15,017 nt of DNA from Candidatus Parvarchaeum sp. GTDB lineage: Archaea; Nanobdellota; Nanobdellia; Parvarchaeales; Parvarchaeaceae. The notes beneath the pieces were generated by a model, which was not told the origin of the DNA, made no database searches, and saw nothing but the letters and a program-made list of their open reading frames with translations. The stretch covers positions 63,572-78,588 of the forward strand of contig JBMFWF010000003.1 in assembly GCA_049965555.1 (NCBI GenBank), given 5' to 3'. Below are positions 1 to 6,632 of this stretch, one piece after another. Each line of letters starts with the position of its first letter. Within the stretch, counting starts at the first letter, position 1. A program made the translations under genes and the position numbers.

Positions 1-1148
1 AAAGGCGGTAAAAGATTAAGCAATTGAATATTTGTTGTTATCTGCACGCCTGGAGAGATTGCCCCCCAAACTGTTAACACTATTAGCCAGGATATAAAAG
101 CAAATGCCAAAGCAGTCCAAAACTTTCTTTTAATCGGGCTTCTGTACTTGGACCTATCAATGAAAGGAAGAGCAAGCATTACCAACGAAACTACAGCAAT
201 CAAACCCACATTTATCAATGGAGTAAAGGGAGAACCGTTAGGTAAAAGAAAATCAGCTATTTTATAAACTGGAAGCAGAAACCAAGGAGGGTAAGGAACA
301 GCGGACGCTGCAGCTGCGCTAGTTGGAGAAGGCCCTGGAAACGGGCTGATTAAAGACGGCAGATTATTTATCTGAACTATTGCATTTGGTATTATCATTA
401 TTATGGCCCAGGTTATAAGAACTATGGCCATAGTATACAAAAATATCTGAGGCCACCAACTCCCTAAAGCTTTTCTTTCTTCTTCCGAATTTATTGCCGG
501 CGCCGTAGGAGCTTTCTTTATTGAAGGGGTAGCCCCTGATTTCTCAAAAAGAAGAAAATGAACTATAAAAACAACAAGGATGGACAATGCTAGAATTATG
601 TGCAAACCGAGCAGCCTGCTAAATATCTGCGCAGTAGTTCCTAAACCAAACAATAAACTACTTATAGCCCCTCCCAATGGAACGCCCGATGCCATCCCAA
701 TTGCCACATCCCTTGCATCATAACTTAAAGCGTCCCCTATCAAATTATAACCAAAGAAGGATACTCCTAAAGTCAATAGAAATAAGACCACCCCGATTAC
801 CCATACCCACTGTCTCGGCTTTTTGTAAGCGCCGACTAAGAAATGCCGCATTGCATGTATGTAAAGTGCCACAATCATAATATAAGCACCGTAAGTATGT
901 GTAAAAAGTATGACTGAACCAAACGGAACGCTGTTTATTATAAATTGAGTAGAAGTATACGGATGAGCAACGTTATAATAAAGGAGAAGCAATGGGCCGG
1001 TTATAAATTCCCAAAGCAAAGCGGATAATGCTATTGATCCCGTCCAATACGAAATATTATACATGTAGCTGGGAACGTTCGTGACGGGCAATTTTCTAAG
1101 CATCAAAGCGTCAACTATTTTATCCTGCCAATTTTTCTTGTGTTCCAT
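1..1148 (-). CDS. soxN: Cytochrome b subunit of an archaeal Rieske/cytochrome b complex (SoxN/SoxC/PetB family); 3' end runs off the window
   Basis: Not in the ORF track because it is truncated. Manual translation from ATG at 1148-1146, immediately after the Rieske TGA, gives MEHKKNWQDKIVDALMLRKLPVTNVPSYMYNISYWTGSIAL..., open to the window edge. Heme-ligand pairs HTYGAYIMIVALYIH and HIILALSILVVFIVH; GAYKKPRQWVWVIG motif; PYPPWFLL (archaeal equivalent of the PEWY motif); multiple TM helices. The symbol rests on adjacency to a SoxL-type Rieske gene. Confidence 0.93.
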   Translation of the reverse strand, partial: MEHKKNWQDKIVDALMLRKLPVTNVPSYMYNISYWTGSIALSALLWEFITGPLLLLYYNVAHPYTSTQFIINSVPFGSVILFTHTYGAYIMIVALYIHAMRHFLVGAYKKPRQWVWVIGVVLFLLTLGVSFFGYNLIGDALSYDARDVAIGMASGVPLGGAISSLLFGLGTTAQIFSRLLGLHIILALSILVVFIVHFLLFEKSGATPSIKKAPTAPAINSEEERKALGSWWPQIFLYTMAIVLITWAIIMIIPNAIVQINNLPSLISPFPGPSPTSAAAASAVPYPPWFLLPVYKIADFLLPNGSPFTPLINVGLIAVVSLVMLALPFIDRSKYRSPIKRKFWTALAFAFISWLIVLTVWGAISPGVQITTNIQLLNLLPP

Positions 1149-2096
1149 TCAGGTAAAGGTATTTATTGTCTCTTGTACGGGGGTGCTCCCTTCTAAGGTA
1201 GTTTGATTCATAGTAGATAATGCTATTCCCTCTAAGTCATTTCCATTAGGTGCGCCGTATATAGGCACACCTATCATCCCCTTAGCATATATATAATCAG
1301 TAGATTGATCCCAATAAAGTTGGACAGCTGGCAAGGGCCTCTGCGTCGGCGTAGTCAATACTTCTGCCCCTTTGTAAGGATTGTAAGTTGATCCATGGCA
1401 ATCACAGTGTATTATAGATGGCGCATTTGACTGTTTTGCAGCAGACAATGCTTCTGGAGTCAATGCATTTGGGGTAGGTGCAGACAACATACTTTCATTT
1501 ACGTAAGCCGGCGGATAAAAATGGATTTGTGGGGGTGTGCAGCCGAGATGTTGACAGATTGCACTGTAAGCAACGATTGAGTTCTTTGGGCCTACCCCTC
1601 CTGGAAAAGAGTAAGTGCTGCCGTTCTCTGGAATTGTTACTGTAGAAGGGCCAACGGCTATTTCATTGTCATTTGCATCTCCCAACCTTATTAAGAAATT
1701 TGGGTACTCTGACAGAGGGTAATTGAAAAGCGTAATCATTGGACTGTTAACAGGCAAAGTATTAGTGTCAGAACCAAGGATAGGATTTGCATTTGAATCT
1801 ACCAACAAAAGATCCGGAAAAGAAGGTAAGGTCGGCAAAGGAGGAGTAAGATACTGTATTCCTTTAGGGATTATGCCTCCAATAGCAGCTGCGCTTATGC
1901 CTATCACCAATCCTTTCAAAAACTTTCTTCTCCCTTCATCTATCTCTCCCGCTGCCTTTTTAGCGTATTCTAATAAGTATTCCCAGCCTCTTTTAATGAA
2001 CAAAGAGTCATCAAACCTTTCCCCGAACCGCATCCTGGAAGAGATTTGCATTAAGAAGGTAAAATTATCTACATTGAGGTTATCTATATTTCCCAT
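1149..2096 (-). CDS. soxL: Rieske [2Fe-2S] protein, SoxL type, Tat-exported
   Basis: Rieske boxes CQHLGC and CDCHGS separated by an unusually long 44-aa insert, as in Sulfolobus SoxL. Twin-arginine motif DEGRRKFLK followed by a hydrophobic helix, after an N-terminal extension of about 55 aa. PTQRPLP motif. Stop codon abuts the cytochrome b start (TGAATG). Confidence 0.93.
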   Translation of the reverse strand: MGNIDNLNVDNFTFLMQISSRMRFGERFDDSLFIKRGWEYLLEYAKKAAGEIDEGRRKFLKGLVIGISAAAIGGIIPKGIQYLTPPLPTLPSFPDLLLVDSNANPILGSDTNTLPVNSPMITLFNYPLSEYPNFLIRLGDANDNEIAVGPSTVTIPENGSTYSFPGGVGPKNSIVAYSAICQHLGCTPPQIHFYPPAYVNESMLSAPTPNALTPEALSAAKQSNAPSIIHCDCHGSTYNPYKGAEVLTTPTQRPLPAVQLYWDQSTDYIYAKGMIGVPIYGAPNGNDLEGIALSTMNQTTLEGSTPVQETINTFT

Positions 2097-2128
2097 ATAA
2101 AGTGTTTAATAAATAACTAAATAAATAA

Positions 2129-2920
2129 TTAATCTGAAACGTCCAAACCGTCTAAAATATCAAAACCATACTCGGTTCCTATTCTAAGGTTATTCAGATC
2201 CCATCCATACTTGGTTGCAAGAAATAGTATTGGCAACAAGTTATTAAAGCTGTCTATTCTACCATAAACTTTTAATCCGGTTTTTTTGTTTTGGCCTAAA
2301 GCAGCATTGACCTTATCAAACCATTGCTTCGCAAGGTTTAGGTTTTCACCGTCGTAAGTCTCTTCTTCCAATAAGTTTATAAATATGCTTGTATAATCTG
2401 GATTGCTTTCTTGCGATACTTGTATAGCTCTGCTTATTAAATCTTCTGGAAGCTTATCTATTTCAAGGTATACTTTTGATACTGCTTTTCCCTCTCTTAT
2501 AACTGAAATTAAATTTTCTATTTCATTCCTAAACTGATTTTCATCGTCTTTAATAAATGAAAGATTCGGGCTAAACTCTATCTCACTTGCTCCAAGGGAT
2601 ATAGCAGTCTTGCAGGCCATTGATTTTTCCTCCAGCAGATTTCTATTGCCATGAAAAGAGGAAACGAATGTAATTATTACTATGTCTTTATTTAGCTCTT
2701 TAAGCATGCTCTTTGCTGCTGAAACCGCCGCTATCGGAATGCAAACTCTCTTAAAACCATACTCTATGGCTTTACTTAAAAAACTCTTTAAATCTTCACT
2801 TGGCAGATAAGGGGGTAAATAAGTAATGTCTATATTCGACAAAAGCCATTCTTTAAAATCTTTCTTTGATTTAAAAACGTATGATGGATCGAATCCTTCT
2901 AACCAAGTAACAGATACCAT
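2129..2920 (-). CDS. deoC: Deoxyribose-phosphate aldolase (DeoC)-like TIM-barrel protein, divergent and probably catalytically altered
   Basis: DeoC motifs recognisable in order: IDITYL (IDHTLL), VCI, GASEIEF (GADEIDM), KVYLE (KVILE), LKVYGRI (KASGGI), RIGT. The ADFVKTSTG motif reads PDYTSIFIN, with no Schiff-base Lys. Confidence 0.7.
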   Translation of the reverse strand: MVSVTWLEGFDPSYVFKSKKDFKEWLLSNIDITYLPPYLPSEDLKSFLSKAIEYGFKRVCIPIAAVSAAKSMLKELNKDIVIITFVSSFHGNRNLLEEKSMACKTAISLGASEIEFSPNLSFIKDDENQFRNEIENLISVIREGKAVSKVYLEIDKLPEDLISRAIQVSQESNPDYTSIFINLLEEETYDGENLNLAKQWFDKVNAALGQNKKTGLKVYGRIDSFNNLLPILFLATKYGWDLNNLRIGTEYGFDILDGLDVSD

Positions 2921-2950
2921 TAATATTTGAAGAAATTTAAACTTATAAAT

Positions 2951-3304
2951 TTAGCAATCGCTGCTGTCTGCAGTTACGCTTTTACCGTATGTATCAGTAT
3001 ATACACAGCTACCGCTGTCATAGAAATAATTGGTTGTTCCTGGTATCTGGCTATAGCAGTGCAATGAAGGATATCCTGGCATTGTAGCTGTACAAAAAGA
3101 TGTGCTTGCTGGATTTGGATTAGTAGCCAAACTGCAATCCGTGCTACATGTAAACTCAAAAGCACTGATATTAGAAGAAGGTGGCTTTATTGAACTGGAC
3201 GTTTTGGAGATAGGCAAAATCACAAATATTATTATAAGGGCCAATATCAAAATCCCAAGTATTATTATAATTAAAGTTGAAACTGGCAAGCCCTGTCCTT
3301 TCAT
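2951..3304 (-). CDS. Type IV pilin-like protein with class III signal peptide and Cys-rich globular domain
   Basis: N-terminus MKG|QGLPVSTLIIIILGILILALIIIFVILP fits the archaeal prepilin [KR]G cleavage site followed by a long hydrophobic helix. The Ser/Thr-rich C-terminal part has 6 Cys. Confidence 0.75.
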   Translation of the reverse strand: MKGQGLPVSTLIIIILGILILALIIIFVILPISKTSSSIKPPSSNISAFEFTCSTDCSLATNPNPASTSFCTATMPGYPSLHCYSQIPGTTNYFYDSGSCVYTDTYGKSVTADSSDC

Positions 3305-3349
3305 TTAATTATAAAGTTATTGAAAGTTAAATTGCTATCTTTTTTTAAA

Positions 3350-3838
3350 TTAATAATCCGGCCTGGCTACTTTATCGAATTTATCCTTGGCTACTTTATA
3401 CCATATGCCATTAAACTTTATGAAATCCTGCTTGTTTCTGGTAACTATCCTCTGTATCTCCTGATTCTGGGAATCCGGTCTTAACTTTAAGACTGCCGTC
3501 TTTCCCTTGTCTTCATTAAACCCTTCTTTTGGTAATGAAATCTTTACTTTTCTTACATTTATCTTTTCGGGTTTGTAAACGTGCGGTGTTATTGTTATAA
3601 CTCTCTCCCTAAATCTTAAGGCCATCGCAGCCAAGAATAAACCTATTATTGCGAAAGTTAAATAGGCAATTGCCGTGTCGAACAGATTTAGAAGAAATGA
3701 AGTCATTGCAACAGGTAGTAGCTTTCTCTGTAGGAAAAAGACTGATATTGCCAAACCAAAATCTAAGAAAGAGGAATATACAGATAACCTAACCGCAGTA
3801 GACGATAAAACAGAATGAAATTTTTTTTCTTCTCCCAT
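3350..3838 (-). CDS. Hypothetical membrane protein (2 predicted TM helices, basic C-terminal domain)
   Basis: ORF track gives 3350..3907. I prefer the ATG at 3838 (MGEEKK...) because a BRE/TATA element (AAAAGTTTAATAT, 3871-3859, minus strand) lies about 21-28 bp upstream. Hydrophobic segments LSVYSSFLDFGLAISVFFL and AIAYLTFAIIGLFLAAMAL. Confidence 0.7.
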   Translation of the reverse strand: MGEEKKFHSVLSSTAVRLSVYSSFLDFGLAISVFFLQRKLLPVAMTSFLLNLFDTAIAYLTFAIIGLFLAAMALRFRERVITITPHVYKPEKINVRKVKISLPKEGFNEDKGKTAVLKLRPDSQNQEIQRIVTRNKQDFIKFNGIWYKVAKDKFDKVARPDY

Positions 3839-3858
3839 AATTACTATACTCCGTGTAT

Positions 3859-3871
3859 ATATTAAACTTTT
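3859..3871 (-). promoter_or_regulatory. BRE/TATA promoter element for the 3350..3838 gene
   Basis: Minus strand reads AAAAGTTTAATAT, at a spacing consistent with a leaderless start at 3838. The same pattern occurs at 8856-8870 and 10518-10529. Confidence 0.55.
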
Positions 3872-4125
3872 CTCCCTTTTTAAATACGTTTTTAGTTCTT
3901 TTATCATTGATTTAGCTTTCTTAATAGCCTAAATTTCTGCAGGAAGCTTTGTATTTTGTAAGGTATTTTATTTAATAACTATTGATTAATTTTAATTAAG
4001 TTAAATACAACAAAATATTGACTAAACCAGGTTCTTAAATAAAAGTTCATTTCGTGTTTATAGGATAAACGAATATGTGGAGCAGGCTGAATGGAAGATT
4101 TTATATTTCCCGATTAAACTATTTA

Positions 4126-6009
4126 CTAAATCTTAAAGTCCTTGTAATGTAAAATTTTCAACGCTTTTATATTAAGCAGTTGCTTTTCATCGCTTTCTCT
4201 TATCAATTCAGCTAATACATCTTGCTCGGATATGTTATCTTTAACCAGAAATATTACAGAATCAAATTTAGTTTCAAGTATTCTTTTTAGACTTTCAATG
4301 CTATAATTGACCAAAATGAATTTCTTGAGCAAACCCTTTATCAAAAATCCTTCTTCATATTCTTCAAAATTTATCCTATTTGATTTCAATTGATTAGTAA
4401 CCAAGTACTTAAACAGATTCATGAAAAAGCCCTCTTCTGTAAAACCATTTACTTTATTAAATTTACCTTTGTTATCTTCATTTATAAACAAAAACTTTGA
4501 CGTTTTGCCGCTTGGAAAATCAAGAGAAACCTGTGAGATAACTCTGCTTTTCAAAAGCCTATTCTTTATGGAATCGAATTCCTCTTTACTCATGATATTT
4601 GAAAGATTCTGGAAGTGCAGTGTCAAATTCAAAAAGTAGTTTGAGCTTATTTCATGGATAAATGCTTCCTCCTTTACCGACATTTCATCTGCCTTAAAAA
4701 ACCTGTAAAATTCTTTATCAACCTCTTTTTTTAGAGCAAACAAAGAAGGATTCACAACTTTATCCATAAATATTTTATCGGCTTCAAATAAGCAGAAGGG
4801 ATTGATATCTTCATTAAAAATCAAAAATTGGGATTTTTTTAACCTTGAAATATAATCAACAGCAATATTGTAATTTCCCGGAAGTATCTTGTAAAGGTCA
4901 GGGTAAAGATTTATTCTTCCTATAAATTTTGTATTTGTGTTTTGTATCGCACTTGAAATAACGGAGGAGATTTGCTGATCTGAAAATATGAATCCAAAGC
5001 CAAGCTCCCTTATCTTAGCAATTATAGAATGAAGTATTGGTATGCCTTTAGCATAGTCTTTCTCTTTGTTTGAATCCAATACAGTATGTGCATCGTCTAT
5101 AACTATAAGCCTTCTAAATAAACCATTATTGTATGAACCTAGATTAGAATAGTAAAAGGAAGAAAGGATAAAAGAAACGAGGAAATACTGCTCTGCCATC
5201 CCAATGTTTTCAATACCTATGATTATGTTCTTATCTCTCATTTTCTCAAAAGATATGCCTATATTACAGTCAAACAAGGAAGTAGAATAAATAAGGCTTT
5301 TCAGTCTTCCTTCAATAACTTTGAAATAATCATTCTTTTTACCATTTAAATTAATGTAAACCAATAGATCAGAAAGTTTTGGCGGATAATCATTACCCCA
5401 AGAAGAAAAAAGATTTATAGTATTCTCCAAAAGATAATCCCTACTCCCTATAAGCAATGAAAAGCTATCGGAGAATATATCGGCAAAATGCACTGCCCAT
5501 TCCTTTTCATTTGTATCCCTGGGCGCTTCCAAAGGATTTATTCTAAGATCGCTGGCATCAATATAGACTGTATCTTTCCTTAACCCTAAGCTTTTGTAAT
5601 CTTTTTTCATGTCAAATACGAGGTATTTTATCCCTTTATCTGCGGCTTTATTTAGTATATTATAGACTAAAGAAGTTTTGCCATGGCCTGTTGAGCCTAC
5701 TACCAATATATTCCTGTTTAAATTTTCAATAGACAAGGAAAAACGCCCTATCTTCTGGTCCTTATATATTAAATCTCCAATATCTAAACCGTTTTCACTT
5801 CTTTTTACTATAGGGAATAACGGATCTGAAATCGGAAATGACGCTTCTAATTTTTGAAATTCGCTTTTTATCTTTGACAGCAAGAAGGCCTGCATTTCCA
5901 TGTCTTTTGTTTTGCTTAATCTAGCAATCAATTCTTCCAGCCCATGTGTATCAACGAACTCTCTTAACAAATGCAGTTTTTCAACAATCTCTTCGATAGT
6001 TTCTTCCAT
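4126..6009 (-). CDS. HerA/VirB4/FtsK-superfamily P-loop ATPase (DUF87-like) with an uncharacterised C-terminal region of about 200 aa
   Basis: Walker A NILVVGSTGHGKT; LVFDMKKDY; INPLE; Walker B LIVIDDAH; arginine-finger/Gln strand RELGFGFIFSDQ; IQNTNTKFIGR. All are typical of the HerA/VirB4 clade. No signal peptide or TM segment. Confidence 0.85.
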   Translation of the reverse strand: MEETIEEIVEKLHLLREFVDTHGLEELIARLSKTKDMEMQAFLLSKIKSEFQKLEASFPISDPLFPIVKRSENGLDIGDLIYKDQKIGRFSLSIENLNRNILVVGSTGHGKTSLVYNILNKAADKGIKYLVFDMKKDYKSLGLRKDTVYIDASDLRINPLEAPRDTNEKEWAVHFADIFSDSFSLLIGSRDYLLENTINLFSSWGNDYPPKLSDLLVYINLNGKKNDYFKVIEGRLKSLIYSTSLFDCNIGISFEKMRDKNIIIGIENIGMAEQYFLVSFILSSFYYSNLGSYNNGLFRRLIVIDDAHTVLDSNKEKDYAKGIPILHSIIAKIRELGFGFIFSDQQISSVISSAIQNTNTKFIGRINLYPDLYKILPGNYNIAVDYISRLKKSQFLIFNEDINPFCLFEADKIFMDKVVNPSLFALKKEVDKEFYRFFKADEMSVKEEAFIHEISSNYFLNLTLHFQNLSNIMSKEEFDSIKNRLLKSRVISQVSLDFPSGKTSKFLFINEDNKGKFNKVNGFTEEGFFMNLFKYLVTNQLKSNRINFEEYEEGFLIKGLLKKFILVNYSIESLKRILETKFDSVIFLVKDNISEQDVLAELIRESDEKQLLNIKALKILHYKDFKI

Positions 6010-6014
6010 TTTTA

Positions 6015-6632
6015 TTACTGCATAAATGAAAGATCATAGACTTTGCTGCCTAAGGTAACAGCTGATGCCCCTTTTGTAGTTAATATTCTCCTAAAAAGCA
6101 AATCTCTTTCAAGATAACCTTCTCTTATTAATTTACGCTGCGAATCGCTGAATTCTTTGTACGAACCTTTTATTATTTTCCTTAATTCATTCAAATTAGC
6201 GCCTATTTTAACTGCATTTAATATGTAAATATCTAAAAGATCCAAATCCTTTATCTGATCTCTTATGCAGTTTACACATAATGGCGGGTTAAGACCCGTA
6301 TCGTGTCTTTCGCATACTATTCCATTGCATTTAGAGCATAAAATTACGGAAGAGGTTTCTTCGACAGAATGTCTACCATTTACACACAAGCCTTTTGATC
6401 TGACTTTAAGGACACTGCCATTAGCTGTTGATACGTTTTTGTATCCTCCAATATTGAAAGGATCTAATACGACAACCTCCTGCTCTGTTATATCTCCCTC
6501 ATTTTTCTCTAAAACGTATTGTGAAATTGAATTTATAAGTGATTCTAACTGTTCGTTTCTGCTATTTACCTGCGAAAGCTTTTCATTTAATTTTAAGACT
6601 GCTTCATAAAGCTGTTTAATCTCATCTTCCAT
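6015..6632 (-). CDS. Hypothetical protein: N-terminal coiled coil, Cys/His zinc-binding domain, C-terminal winged helix
   Basis: Heptad pattern over aa 1-42; C-x4-H-x10-C-x2-C-x4-C-x2-H-x8-C-x2-C; MarR-like tail LDIYILNAV...LNELRKII...RKLIREGYLER...LTTKG. Start overlaps the upstream stop (TAATG at 6634-6630). Confidence 0.8.
   Translation of the reverse strand: MEDEIKQLYEAVLKLNEKLSQVNSRNEQLESLINSISQYVLEKNEGDITEQEVVVLDPFNIGGYKNVSTANGSVLKVRSKGLCVNGRHSVEETSSVILCSKCNGIVCERHDTGLNPPLCVNCIRDQIKDLDLLDIYILNAVKIGANLNELRKIIKGSYKEFSDSQRKLIREGYLERDLLFRRILTTKGASAVTLGSKVYDLSFMQ

Noticed and set aside
677-880. 67-aa plus-strand ORF
   Set aside because: Antisense to the cytochrome b gene, whose motifs are unambiguous.
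1723-2100. 125-aa plus-strand ORF
   Set aside because: Antisense shadow of the Rieske gene; no recognisable motifs.
2974-3308. ORFs 2974..3165 (-) and 3102..3308 (+)
   Set aside because: Alternative-frame or antisense overlaps of the pilin-like gene.
3839-3907. N-terminal 23 codons of the 185-aa ORF
   Set aside because: They contain a well-placed BRE/TATA element, so the ATG at 3838 is the more plausible start.
4126-6009. Calling the ATPase the canonical repair helicase HerA or CedB
   Set aside because: No N-terminal HAS barrel or TM anchor is evident, and there is no nurA/mre11/rad50 or cedA neighbour.
4421-6609. Plus-strand ORFs 4421..4639 and 6265..6609
   Set aside because: Antisense to longer, motif-bearing minus-strand genes.
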